Source of the DNA: Myxococcota bacterium
GTDB lineage: Bacteria; Myxococcota_A; UBA9042; PHBI01
NCBI GenBank assembly: GCA_046351155.1
Contig: JAXLYZ010000024.1
Span: forward strand, 86,044 to 150,043
Length of the DNA: 64,000 nucleotides
Direction: 5' to 3'
Below, in pieces: positions 8,796 to 18,507 of the stretch (positions within the stretch are counted from its first letter, which is position 1; every line of letters begins with the position of its first letter). The translations under genes and the position numbers were made by a program. The notes beneath the pieces are model-generated. The model saw nothing but the letters and a program-made list of their open reading frames with translations. It was not told where the DNA came from and did not search any database.

Positions 8796-9845
8796 TCAAG
8801 GCGTCCCGGTGTGGCTCATGCTGCAGTGCCAGGTGCCGAACTGGTCGCAGGCCGGCTCGCCGGGGAACACGCACGGCGGCACCGGGCACTTCGAGAAGTC
8901 GAAGTCGGCGCAGTAGAGATCGGTGGCCGTCTGGATGTCCTCGCACTCCTGGACCGAGCCGGCGTGCGGGCACATCGGGCAGGCGCACTCGGACGGGTTG
9001 GTCGGCATCGTGCCGCTGCACGTGGTGCAGTCGGTGTTGTCGAAGCAGGCGTACGGGTCGGCCGCGCAGGTGCCGCTCGGCAGGTCGCAGACGGGCGGGG
9101 CGCCCGGGATGCAGCCGGCCACCGGGCACTGCTCGGGCTTCGGCCACGGGTCACAGTACTTGGTCCAGCTCTTGTTGTTGGTCTCGCACTCCGACTTCAG
9201 CATCGGCGTCGACGCGCAGATGACGCAGTAGCACTCGTCGGCGCTGGCCACCGGCGTCGGCGTCGCGCACATGACGCAGTCGTCGCCGGTCGTGCACGCG
9301 GTCGGCCCGACGCAGCGCGGGCAGCACTCGCCGGGCGGCCGCGTCTGCTCCTCGAGCGGGCACTCGAGCGGCGCGCAGGTGACGGCGCTGCAGGCGTCCT
9401 CGCACTGGCCCTCGTGGCAGTAGAGCGGGTCGGGCGCGGTGCAGCGCGCGATGGGACAGTTGGCCGTGTCGGCCCACTTCGAGCCGGCGCAGTAGGTGTC
9501 CCAGCTGGCGTTGGCCGCGTCGCACGCGTCGGCGTTCGAGATGTAGTCGCTGCACGGCGCCTTGCACTCGCACTCGGCCGTCGAGGTGATGGTCTTGTCG
9601 AGCATGCAGTGGACGCAGTCGCCGCTGTTCTCGCAGGCCGGACCGGTCGCGGTGTCCGCCGTGTCGGCGGTCGCGTCGGTGGCGGTCGTCGCGTCGCTGG
9701 CGACCGTCGCGTCGTTGGCGACCGTCGCGTCGCTCGCCGTCGTCGCGTCGCCCGAGGTCGCGTCGCCGCTGCCCTTCTTGTCCTCGTCGTTGCAGGCCAC
9801 CGTGGCCAGGGCCACCACCGAACACAAAAGCGCAAGCCTCGACAT
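8796..9845 (-). CDS. cysteine-rich lipoprotein with D/A/T repeat linker
   Basis: Start chosen at MSRLALLCSVVALATVAC, which has a GGAGGAG RBS upstream. About 60 Cys in CxxC/CxC patterns. Linker GDATSGDATTASDATVANDATVASDATTATDATADTADTA. Confidence 0.65.
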   Translation of the reverse strand: MSRLALLCSVVALATVACNDEDKKGSGDATSGDATTASDATVANDATVASDATTATDATADTADTATGPACENSGDCVHCMLDKTITSTAECECKAPCSDYISNADACDAANASWDTYCAGSKWADTANCPIARCTAPDPLYCHEGQCEDACSAVTCAPLECPLEEQTRPPGECCPRCVGPTACTTGDDCVMCATPTPVASADECYCVICASTPMLKSECETNNKSWTKYCDPWPKPEQCPVAGCIPGAPPVCDLPSGTCAADPYACFDNTDCTTCSGTMPTNPSECACPMCPHAGSVQECEDIQTATDLYCADFDFSKCPVPPCVFPGEPACDQFGTWHCSMSHTGTP

Positions 9846-9947
9846 CGTCGACTCCTCCGAACCGGTCGGCGAACCGTAGCGGTGTTTGGGCGCGATTGCC
9901 ACATTCTCATCGACGGCCGGGTGGGCTCTCGTGCTAGTGGCGCGGCC

Positions 9948-11287
9948 ATGTGGTCGACCCTCGCCGCCATCCTGGTCAGCGCTCCGGCGCCCGGCTTCCA
10001 GCTCCTCGAATCGCCCGACGGACCGACCTACGCGTCCGACGCGAGCGCCGACGGCAGCGTCGTCGTCGGCCAGCTCTCGCGCCGCGACGGCCCGGTCGAG
10101 GCCTTCCGCTGGAGCGAGCCCGACGGCGTCGTGTCGCTCGGCGACTTCGCCGGCGGCCTCGACTTCGGCAGCGCCGAGGGCGTGTCGGCCGACGGCGCGG
10201 TCGTCGTCGGCACCGGCTATCGCGCCGATACGGCCGGAGGTCCCGACCAGGGCGGCATCGAGGTCGCCTTCCGCTGGACCGCGCCGGCCGCGCCGCCGGC
10301 GAGCGACGGCCTGGTCGACCTCGGCGACCTGCCCGGCGGGCTCGTGCGCGCGCTGGCCTGGGGCGTTCCCGCCGACGGCGCCGTCGTCGCCGGCTCGAGC
10401 TACGACGAGCGCGACGACTTCGTCGCCTGCCTCTTCGCCGACGGCCAGGTGCGCTCGCTCGGCACGCCGGCCGGCAGCACGCGCAGCGCGCCACCGCCAT
10501 CTCGGGCGACGGCACGACCGTCGTCGGCAGCGCCGACGGCCAGCTCGAGGGCGTCGGCATCACCGTCGCGTGGCGCTGGACCGAGGCCGGCGGCATGGTC
10601 GCGCTGCCCGACCTGCCGGGCGGCCGCGCCTTGGGCTCCCCGCCCGCGGTGGCGGCCCACGGCCACATCGTCGTCGGCGGCGCCGGCTCGACCGCGTCGG
10701 GCGAGGAGCAGCTCGAGGCCTTCCGCTACGACGCCACCACCGATCATATGGAGGGCCTGGGCGATCTGCCCGGCGGCGCCTTCGGCTCGGAGGCGCTGGC
10801 CGTCTCGGCCGACGGCAAGGTGGTCGTCGGCCGCTCGGTGGCCACCGTCGACGACAGCGAGGAGGCCTTCGTGTGGACCGCGCGCCTCGGCATGAAGCGC
10901 CTGGCCGACGTCGCGGCGGCGGCCGGCGTGGCCATCCCCGAAGGCGTCGTGCTCGGCCAGGCGACCGGCATCTCGGGCGACGGGCTCGCCATCGTCGGCA
11001 ACGCCATCACCCCGAGCGGCGACGTCGCGGCCTTCCGCCTGGTGCTGCCGGCGACCGCGCTACCGCGCGACCCGGAGCTGCCGGGCGGCGACGTGCCCGA
11101 CCCCGAGCTGCCCGGCGCCAGCGCCGCTGGCGGTGGCTGCGCTGCGGGTCCGAGCACCGGTCTCGACGCGCTGGCCGCGCTCGCGGCCGTCGCGGCCTTC
11201 GCGCTCAGGTCCCTTCGAGGCCGCGCAGATCGGGCGGCAGGTGCGAGATGTCGCCGTGCAGCACCAGCGACGGCCCGCGCGAGCTGA
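9948..11287 (+). CDS. HAF-family extracellular repeat protein with MYXO-CTERM-like tail; reading requires a frame change near 10.48-10.50 kb
   Basis: Starts MWSTLAAILVSAPAPG. Repeats of ...EAFRW...GxVxLGDLPGG.... The frame switches from that of ORF 8460..10895 to that of ORF 9950..11287. The tail GGGCAAGPSTGLDALAALAAVAAFALRS resembles the MYXO-CTERM sorting signal. Confidence 0.5.
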
Positions 11288-11843
11288 TCTCGAAGCAGGT
11301 CAGCGCGGCCACCGGCTGCCCCATGCGCTCGCGGAAGAGGCGCACGTCGAGGCCCAGCAGCGCGCACATCATGATGCGCAGCGTGGCCTTGTGCGACACC
11401 ACCAACACGCGCCCGGAGGCGTGGTGCTCGCGGATGCGGGCCACCACCGGCGCGGCGCGCGCGGCCACGTGGAAGGCGGTCTCGCCGCCGGGCGTGCCGC
11501 GGCTCGCCGGGTCGTGCGACCAGTAGGCGTACTCCTCGGGGTGCTGGTGCATGACCTCGTCGTGGCCGAGGCCCTCCCACGCCCCGTAGGCGATCTCGGC
11601 CAGGCCCTCGTCGATGAAGATCGGCACACCCGCGCGGCGCGCGAGCGGCGTCGCGGTCTGGAGCGCGCGCGTGCGCGGCGAGCTGTAGATGCCGGTCCAC
11701 GGCTTGTCGCCGTGCGCCGCCGCGAGCGCGTCGGCCATGCGCAGACCGACGTCGTTGAGCGGCGGATCGATGGCCCCGCAGAAGCGGTTGGCGCGCGAGA
11801 AATCCGTCTGGCCGTGGCGGATGAGGAAGAGCTGGAGGGTCAT
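11205..11843 (-). CDS. histidine phosphatase family protein (phosphoglycerate mutase-like)
   Basis: LFLIRHGQTDFS (RHG motif) and ...VVSHKATLRIMM. Intact 212-aa ORF. Confidence 0.8.
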   Translation of the reverse strand: MTLQLFLIRHGQTDFSRANRFCGAIDPPLNDVGLRMADALAAAHGDKPWTGIYSSPRTRALQTATPLARRAGVPIFIDEGLAEIAYGAWEGLGHDEVMHQHPEEYAYWSHDPASRGTPGGETAFHVAARAAPVVARIREHHASGRVLVVSHKATLRIMMCALLGLDVRLFRERMGQPVAALTCFEISSRGPSLVLHGDISHLPPDLRGLEGT

Positions 11844-11892
11844 GCCAGCGGCGTAGCACCGCCGGCCGCAGGCAGCAACCGCCGCCGCGCGC

Positions 11893-12849
11893 TCACTCGG
11901 TGTGGCAGACGCCGCTGCTGTTGCACACGCGCCAGCGTCCGGTGCCGCCCGAGGGGTAGTTGGCCATGATGCCCATGATCATGCGGTGGCCGGCGGAGCT
12001 CTCTTCGGAGAGCGCGGCCATGGCCTGATCGATGTCGGCCTTCAGCGTGAACGGCCCGAGGGTGCGGCCGTCGCAGACCCAGAAGGCGGCCGTGAAGGTG
12101 CCGACCTTCTGGTAGAGGAGGCCGCACTCGCCGCGCACCACGATGAGATCGCCGTTGCGCGTGAACGCCGGCGGGTCGGCCTCGGCGTTGGCCGCGTCGC
12201 CCGCCTTGAAGCGGCGATCGACGACCAGCTCGTGGCCCTGGAACGGGATGCTGTAGCACTTGCGGTACATCTCGAGCGCGCTGGTGGCGGCCTTGATGCA
12301 GTCGGCCGCGGCGACCGGGTAGGGGTCGGCCTGGCACTGCTGCACGAGGTCGGCCGGGGTGGTGCGCGCCGCGCCGGCCTTCATCTCGTCGGTGCCCGAC
12401 TCGCTGACGAGCTGGAGCTCGCGCGCGATCATGGCCTCGCACTCCGAGGTCGGCATGACGCCTCCGGCGGCGGGCTCACCGGGCTCGGGCTCGCCGGGCT
12501 CGGGCGTCGGCGCGGGCTCGCCGGCCGCGGGCTCGCCGGCCGCGGGCTCGGGCGTCGGCGCGGGCTCGCCGGCCGCGGGCTCGGGCGTCGGCGCGGCCGC
12601 CGGCCGCGGGCTCGGGCGTCGGCGCAGGCCGCCGGCCGCGCCTCGGGCGTCGGCGCGGCCGCCGGCCGCGGGCTCGGCGTCGGCGCGGGCGGCCGGCGGC
12701 CGCGGGTGCCGCGGCAGCGCCGCGGCTACGGAGGGGATGGAGGGCGGCCGGAGCCGAGGCCGGAGCGGACGATGGAGCAGCGGGTGTGGGCTTGCCGCAG
12801 CCGACGAGCAGGCTGCGCCGACCATGACGGCGACGATGGCAGAGTGCAT
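11893..12849 (-). CDS. lipoprotein with Pro/Glu/Ala tandem-repeat linker (PTPEPAAGEPA)n and C-terminal Cys-containing domain
   Basis: Starts MHSAIVAVMVGAACSS (lipobox). The DNA-level tandem repeat 12481-12700 encodes the linker, and the repeat region may hide frame slips. The C-terminal ~190 aa are non-repetitive. Confidence 0.5.
   Translation of the reverse strand: MHSAIVAVMVGAACSSAAASPHPLLHRPLRPRLRPPSIPSVAAALPRHPRPPAARADAEPAAGGRADARGAAGGLRRRPSPRPAAAPTPEPAAGEPAPTPEPAAGEPAAGEPAPTPEPGEPEPGEPAAGGVMPTSECEAMIARELQLVSESGTDEMKAGAARTTPADLVQQCQADPYPVAAADCIKAATSALEMYRKCYSIPFQGHELVVDRRFKAGDAANAEADPPAFTRNGDLIVVRGECGLLYQKVGTFTAAFWVCDGRTLGPFTLKADIDQAMAALSEESSAGHRMIMGIMANYPSGGTGRWRVCNSSGVCHTE
12481..12700. 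repeat. GC-rich ~33-nt coding tandem repeat (gggctcgggcgtcggcgcgggctcgccggccgc-like units)
   Basis: Read directly. Repeated units encode PTPEPAAGEPA on the minus strand. The units degrade toward 12600-12700. Confidence 0.7.
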
Positions 12850-12903
12850 GCGGGTACCTCGATGCAGGCGTGACGGAGGTGGAGCGACGCCCAATGGTAG
12901 CGC

Positions 12904-13422
12904 TCAGTCCGTGACGAGGTCGAGGTCCCACTTCGTCGTGAAGCCGTAGCCGATGAAGACGCCGGCCTGCGCGCCGGTGCCGTCGCCGCTGTAGCCGAGG
13001 TCGCCGCTCACCTTGGCGCCGATCTCGATGAACTGGCCGTCGCCCACGCGCACCATCACACCGCCCTCGAGCACCGCGCCGATGCCGAACCACAGCGGCG
13101 GGTTCTTGCGGCCGTCGTCCTCGACGCCGATCACGAGCACCGCCAGGCCCGGGCGCACGAAGCCGGTCATGGTGTCGGACACCTTCTCGGCCACCATCGC
13201 GCCGAGCACGTCCGAGCTCCGGAGCCCCCACGGCCCGGCGATGATGTCGATGCCCGCGGTGGGCATGGCGCCGCCGTCGACGATGTCGTCGCCGGTCATG
13301 ACCCAGTGCGCCTCGAAGCTGTGCCCCGTGGGCTCGCCGCCGAAGTGGTTCTGGTTGCCGAGCCCGGTGGCCTGGTAGCAACCGCCGAGGCTCGCCGCGA
13401 GGACGATGAGGCCGATGCGCAT
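12904..13422 (-). CDS. small lipoprotein, Gly-rich (possible beta-rich fold)
   Basis: MRIGLIVLAASLGGCYQ lipobox. Gly/Val/Asp-rich. Confidence 0.5.
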   Translation of the reverse strand: MRIGLIVLAASLGGCYQATGLGNQNHFGGEPTGHSFEAHWVMTGDDIVDGGAMPTAGIDIIAGPWGLRSSDVLGAMVAEKVSDTMTGFVRPGLAVLVIGVEDDGRKNPPLWFGIGAVLEGGVMVRVGDGQFIEIGAKVSGDLGYSGDGTGAQAGVFIGYGFTTKWDLDLVTD

Positions 13423-13612
13423 GCGGCGAGCATCGCTCAAAGCGGGCGGCGACGCGAGCGCGCGCTCCGGCCCGGCGGGCGGGTCGGATGTCCCTCCGGC
13501 GCGGCGCGGCGCGGCCTCGCGGCCGCCTGGCGCGCGGGCCCGAGCCTGGCATCGCGCTTGCTCCGTCAGCCGCGGTGGGCTCGCACGGCGAGCTCCTCAC
13601 GCGGAGGCCCCT

Positions 13613-14881
13613 ATGGTCGCGACGAAGGCTCCCCTGCATGTCGTCGTCTTGGGCGGCGGATTCGCCGGGCTCGAGACGGCCTTCCTCCTCCACCATCGCC
13701 TGCACGACCGCGTGCGCATCACGCTCGTCTCCGATCGACCCGACTTCGTCGCGCGCCCGAGCTCCATCTACATCCCCTTCGGCGGCGACCCGAGCGCCGT
13801 CTCGATCGGCCTCGCCGAGCCGACCGCGCGCCGCGACATCGCCTTCGTCGAGTCGCGCGCGCTGGACCTCGATCCGGTCGCCAAGCTGGTCGCGCTGTCG
13901 GACCGCAAGCTGGCCTACGACAAGCTCGTCATCGCCACCGGCGCGGCGCTGCGCCCGTCGGAGATCCCCGGCCTCGAGGGCGCCGGCGTGACGTTCTGGT
14001 CGCCGGCCGACATGCTCGACCTCAAGGCCCGCCTCGAGAAGACCATCGAGCGCGCCCGCGTCGGACGCCGCACGCGCATGCTCTTCGTGCTGCCGCCGCA
14101 CAACCTCTGCGTGCTGCCGCTCTACGAGATGGCGCTGATGATCGACACCCACCTCCGCCGCATGGAGGTGCGCGACAAGGTCGAGATCACGCTGGTCACC
14201 TACGAGTGGAGCTACCTCCAGACCTACGGCGCGAACGTGGCCGAGGTCATGGGCGGCGAGCTGAACCGGCGCGGCATCATCGGCATGCGCGGCCACAGCA
14301 TCGCGGCCGTGACCGACCACACCGTGAAGCTCGGCGAGGGCACCGTGCTCGGCTACGAGGAGCTGGTGTCGTTCGCGCCGCAGGTCGCCCAGGTGCGCTG
14401 GTCGAGCCTGCCCTGCGACGACCGCGGCTTCCTGCGCTGCACGCTGGCGACGCGCCAGGTCGAGGGCTACCCCGACGTGTACGCGCCCGGCGACGCCGGC
14501 GACTTCCCGGTGAAGCAGGCGTTCATGGCCTTCCTGCAGGCCGACGCCGCCACCGATCACATCGTCAGCCAGGTCGTCGACCGGCCGTTCGCCAAGCCCT
14601 TCGACGCGGTGACCATGGCGGTCATCGACGAGCTCGACACCGCCACCTTCGCGCAGGCCCCGCTGCGCATCACCGGCGATCCGCTGCGGCCGACCGAGGT
14701 CGACCCGGCGCGCCCCGAGCTCTACAAGGTCGGGCGCGGCAAGAGCTGGCGCATGGGGAAGAAGCTGCTGAGCGTGTACCTGCCCATGCGCTTCAAGGCG
14801 GGCGAGCCGTTCCACGCCGGAGCTGCCTGGACCATGATGGACGTCGGCATGAAGGCGCTGACGGGCATCTTCGCCGAGTGA
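13613..14881 (+). CDS. FAD-dependent pyridine-nucleotide-disulfide oxidoreductase, sulfide:quinone oxidoreductase / NDH-2-like
   Basis: ATG at 13613 with a GGAGG RBS. Rossmann motif HVVVLGGGFAGLETA. Second motif ...YAPGDAGDF. 422 aa. The upstream part of ORF 13406.. is Arg-rich. Confidence 0.8.
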   Translation: MVATKAPLHVVVLGGGFAGLETAFLLHHRLHDRVRITLVSDRPDFVARPSSIYIPFGGDPSAVSIGLAEPTARRDIAFVESRALDLDPVAKLVALSDRKLAYDKLVIATGAALRPSEIPGLEGAGVTFWSPADMLDLKARLEKTIERARVGRRTRMLFVLPPHNLCVLPLYEMALMIDTHLRRMEVRDKVEITLVTYEWSYLQTYGANVAEVMGGELNRRGIIGMRGHSIAAVTDHTVKLGEGTVLGYEELVSFAPQVAQVRWSSLPCDDRGFLRCTLATRQVEGYPDVYAPGDAGDFPVKQAFMAFLQADAATDHIVSQVVDRPFAKPFDAVTMAVIDELDTATFAQAPLRITGDPLRPTEVDPARPELYKVGRGKSWRMGKKLLSVYLPMRFKAGEPFHAGAAWTMMDVGMKALTGIFAE

Positions 14882-14935
14882 CGCGCGGGTCGAGCACCCG
14901 CGGTTGCGGAGCGCCGCCCGAGCGCGCAAGCTCCG

Positions 14936-16822
14936 GTGATGGCTCCGCGGGTCGCCGTCGTCGCTCTCGTCCTCGCCGCGTGCGGCGCCGCCTCGCCGCG
15001 CATCGCGCCGCCGCCCGGCGCCGCGCCCGCGCTGCCGCCGTCGAGCAACGTGGCGCGCGCCGACTACGCCGGCTCGGCCGTGTGCACGCCTTGCCACGCC
15101 GAGCTGGCCGCGCGCTTCGAGCGCTCCCCGATGCACCGCATGACGCGCGACGCCGAGGCCACCGACATCCGCGCGCCGTTCGACGGGCGCACCTTCCGCT
15201 TCGGCGAGCCCGAGGAGACCGTGCGCTTCGAGCAGCGCGGCGCGCACCGCTTCATGGTCGTCGACACGCCCGGCTATCCGACCGCGACCTACCGCGTCAC
15301 CAAGGTGATCGGCGGCCACTATCGCGAGGACTTCGTCGGCCAGCGCGTGCGCGAGGTCGCGGCCGATCCGGTCCCGGCCGGCGAGCTGCGCGAGATGATC
15401 CTGCCGGCGACCTGGCACTTCCGGCATGGCGAGTGGCGCTACAAGGGCTACTCGGTGCAGATCCCCGAGCGCCTGCACCTGAGCCTCGGACCGGAGTGGG
15501 CGAAGAGCTGCATCTTCTGCCACAACACCGAGCCCTACCTCGCCACCGTGCTCGACGACCTCGGCCGCTTCGAGCGGAAGACCTACCAGGGCTCGGTGCC
15601 GTCGAACCTCTTCGCCGCCGACCGCCGCCTCGACTTCCAGGTCACCGACGCGGCGGCGCTGGCGTCGACGCTGCGCGACGAGCTCGCCTTCCTCGGTGCC
15701 GACCTCGACCCGGCGGCGTCGACGACGCGCCTCATCGGCCTCACGCTGGTGTCCACCCAGGAGCGCTTCGGCGAGCGCCAGCTGGTCGAGCTCGGCATCG
15801 GCTGCGAGGCTTGCCACAACGGCGCCAAGGCCCACGCCGACGACCCGCGCGTCGGCGTCGACTTCGCGCCGCGCTCGCCCGGCTTCCGCGTGGTCGGTGC
15901 CGACGGCCTCCCGCTCGGCGGCGTCGAGGCGCAGAACCGCGTGTGCGGGCGCTGCCACAGCGTGCTCCTGTCCGAGTACGACCACACCTGGGAAGGCGGC
16001 CACCGCCATCGCGTGGTGCCCGACGACGGCCTGGCCTCGGTGGCGGCCGACGTCGGCGGCAGCTCGATCAACTCGAGCGAGGCGCGCGACTTCGCGCTCG
16101 GCGGCTGCGCCCGGGCGCTGGCCTGCACCGCCTGCCACGACCCGCACGCGGCCGACGAGCGCGCCGCGCTCGACGCGCTGGCGACGCCGGCCGGCAACGT
16201 CACCTGCACGCCGTGCCACGCGGCGCTGGCCGGCCCCGACGCGCTGCGCGCGCATGCGCACCACGACCCGACCCAGGCCGGCGGCAGCTGCGTCGCCTGC
16301 CACATGCCCGACAAGAACGCCGGCCTCGACTACGAGCTCGAGCGCTACCACCGCATCGGCCTGCCCGACGACCCGATGAAGGTCGAGCGCGACCGGCCGA
16401 TCGAGTGCGCGCTGTGCCATCGCGACGCGACGGTGGCCTCGCTGGTCGCGACCATGGAGCGCTGGTGGCCCGCGCGCCGCTATGACCGCCAGAAGCTCGC
16501 CGATCTCTACGGCGCCGACCTGGCCGTGCCGGCGCTCTTGACGACGCTGGCGCGCGGCCTGCCGCACGAGCGCACGACCGCTGTCGGCGCGCTGGCCGGC
16601 ATCGATCGCACCGACCCGCAGCGGTCCGCGGTCATCGCCGCGCTCGCCGACGCCTTCGCCGACGAGCTGCCCATCACCCGCTACTTCGCGCGCGAGGCGC
16701 TCGGCGCCATCGTCGGGACGCTGCCGCCGCTCGACATGTCGCGGCCGGGCCCGGCGCTACGCGACGCGGCGAAGGCGTGGCTCGCCACCACGCCGACGCT
16801 CCGCCGCGCGCGGCGCGGGTGA
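14936..16822 (+). CDS. multiheme (8x CxxCH) cytochrome c lipoprotein with C-terminal HEAT-like helical region
   Basis: LVLAACG lipobox. Heme motifs CTPCH, CIFCH, CEACH, CGRCH, CTACH, CTPCH, CVACH, CALCH. Confidence 0.85.
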   Translation: MMAPRVAVVALVLAACGAASPRIAPPPGAAPALPPSSNVARADYAGSAVCTPCHAELAARFERSPMHRMTRDAEATDIRAPFDGRTFRFGEPEETVRFEQRGAHRFMVVDTPGYPTATYRVTKVIGGHYREDFVGQRVREVAADPVPAGELREMILPATWHFRHGEWRYKGYSVQIPERLHLSLGPEWAKSCIFCHNTEPYLATVLDDLGRFERKTYQGSVPSNLFAADRRLDFQVTDAAALASTLRDELAFLGADLDPAASTTRLIGLTLVSTQERFGERQLVELGIGCEACHNGAKAHADDPRVGVDFAPRSPGFRVVGADGLPLGGVEAQNRVCGRCHSVLLSEYDHTWEGGHRHRVVPDDGLASVAADVGGSSINSSEARDFALGGCARALACTACHDPHAADERAALDALATPAGNVTCTPCHAALAGPDALRAHAHHDPTQAGGSCVACHMPDKNAGLDYELERYHRIGLPDDPMKVERDRPIECALCHRDATVASLVATMERWWPARRYDRQKLADLYGADLAVPALLTTLARGLPHERTTAVGALAGIDRTDPQRSAVIAALADAFADELPITRYFAREALGAIVGTLPPLDMSRPGPALRDAAKAWLATTPTLRRARRG

Positions 16823-16849
16823 CGGAGCAGACCCGGTCTCGCTCGGCGC

Positions 16850-17438
16850 TCAGGGCTTCCTGAGCACGCAGCCCTTGGGCTCGCCGCCGGCCGCGCTCAC
16901 GCGCCCGGCGACGATGGCCGCGACGGCGTCGGCGAGGTAGCTGCGCGCGTCGCCGTGCAGCGTCGCCGCGTCCGAGTCGATGGCGCCGTTGTAGCGCACG
17001 CGGCCGCGCCAGTCGACGACCAGCGCGTGGGTCGCGAAGGTGACGCCGGCGGCGCGCGCGAGCCGCGCCGCGCGGTCGACCAGGATGGGGAAGTCGTAGC
17101 CGCGGGCGGCGCGCTCGGCGTCGCTCGTCGACGCGTCGAAGTCGGCCTCGGAGGCCACGGCCCAGGTGCTGACGCCGCGCGCGCCATGCGCCGGCCAGCG
17201 CGACGAGGCGCGCGTCGTGGGCGCGCTGGCAGGAGGCGGTGGGCCGAGAAGAAGACGAGCACGGCATAGCCCGACGGACCGGCGAGGTCGCCCACCGGCA
17301 GGCGCTTGCCGCTGCCGGATCGAGCAGCGCCTGATCGGCCACGGCCGCCTCGCCGCTGGCGCACGCGGGCGCGCCGAGCGCGCAGGCGGACAGCGCCGCG
17401 AGCGCGACGACGGCACGCACGACGGCGCCGCGCCGCAT
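16850..17438 (-). pseudogene. TlpA/redoxin-like thiol-disulfide oxidoreductase; as printed it needs two frame changes and the CxxC motif is not in frame
   Basis: The signal peptide MRRGAVVRAVVALAALSAC is in one frame. ...GKRLPVGDLAGPSGYAVLVFFSAH is in a second frame. ...WAVASEADFDAS...YDFPILVDRAARL...HALVVDWRGRVRYNGAIDSD...GEPKGC is in a third. Confidence 0.5.
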
Positions 17439-18345
17439 CACCAACCCGCGTAGACCAGCGTCATGGCCAGGCCGAGGCCGAGCGGCTGGTTGGCGGCCAG
17501 CCCGTCGATGGGCAGGGTCGTCGTCACGCTGGCGAGGCAGCGCCAGCTCTCGCCGAGCGGCACCGCCAGGTTCAGGCCGAGGCCGATGAGGTGCTCTTCC
17601 GAGCCCGCCCACGAGCCGTCGAGCGAGGCCGCCAGCACGAGCGCGTCGGGCAGGACGAGGGCCGCGCCGAGGCGCGCGTGACCCTCGACCGGGCGCGTGA
17701 CGGTGGCGCCGTCGACCGTGTAGGCGGAGCGCCAGCGGAAGCCGCCGCGCGCGCTCACGAGCCACTGGCGCGAGGCGCCGAAGACGTGCTCGACGGCGGC
17801 GTCGAGGCCGAGCTGCCAGGCGCCGAGCCCGGTCGCGTCGACGGCGAGATCGTCGGTCGCGTCCTCGGGTGCGGTGCCGGTCGGCGCCACCACGGCGAGC
17901 TCGAGCCCGACGCCGGGGAGCCGCCGCTCTCGCCCGCGAGCAGCGGATCCCAGCGCAGCCCGAGCGCCACGTCGCCCGGCCCGCCGCCGGCCGCGTCGAT
18001 GCCGTCGGCCGCGCGGTTGTGGAGCACGAGCGGCAGCTGCAGGCCGAGCTGGAAGCGCGGCGCGACGCGCACCGCGCCGAAGATCAGCGCCTCGGCCTCG
18101 AGCTCGCGCACGCCCTTCGGCAGCGGGTGGTAGGCGCCGTCGCCGTCGAACGCGCCGAGCGCCGGCGCGACGCGCGCGCGCACGCCGACCAGGCCTGGCT
18201 GGTGGTGCTCGAGGCGCCACGGCTCGAGCGCGCTGCCGCCGCGACAGCACGCCTCGGCATGGGCCGCGCGCGTCGCCGAGAGCGTCGCGAGCGCGCACGC
18301 GCGCGCGAGACCGGGCCACCTGCACCGCTGCCACAGCGCGTCCAC
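17438..18345 (-). CDS. outer-membrane beta-barrel protein (MetA/MipA-like); one frame change around 17.88-17.90 kb
   Basis: GTG start with a GGAGGTG RBS. Signal peptide ...ALATLSATRAAHA. C-terminus ...LAMTLVYAGW has an aromatic terminal residue. Two ORF frames (17755..18477 and 17438..19012) must be joined. Confidence 0.45.
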
Positions 18346-18507
18346 GGGCACCTCCGCGCCGAGGCTCGTGCCAGAAGCGTACCGTGGCGAGCGGCCCGCC
18401 GCGCGGTCGTCGCCGCGTCGCGCGCGTGCGCTCCGGCCCGCGCCGAGGGCCGCCCAGCACACGGTCGGCCCGCGCATGACCCGGTCTCGCGAGCGCGACC
18501 CGCGACG

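Noticed and set aside
8460-10895. 811-aa plus-strand ORF spanning two minus-strand lipoprotein genes
   Set aside because: Its first ~490 aa are antisense of the metallophosphoesterase and Cys-rich lipoprotein genes (Arg/Ala-rich). Only the part from MWSTLAAIL (9948) onward is protein-like, and that part was kept as the HAF-repeat gene.
11205-11287. 83-nt overlap between the HAF-repeat gene 3' end and the convergent histidine-phosphatase gene
   Set aside because: The MYXO-CTERM-like motif ends near 11205 (...FALRS). The extension to 11287 is Arg-rich and probably reflects a missed stop from an indel, not a real overlap.
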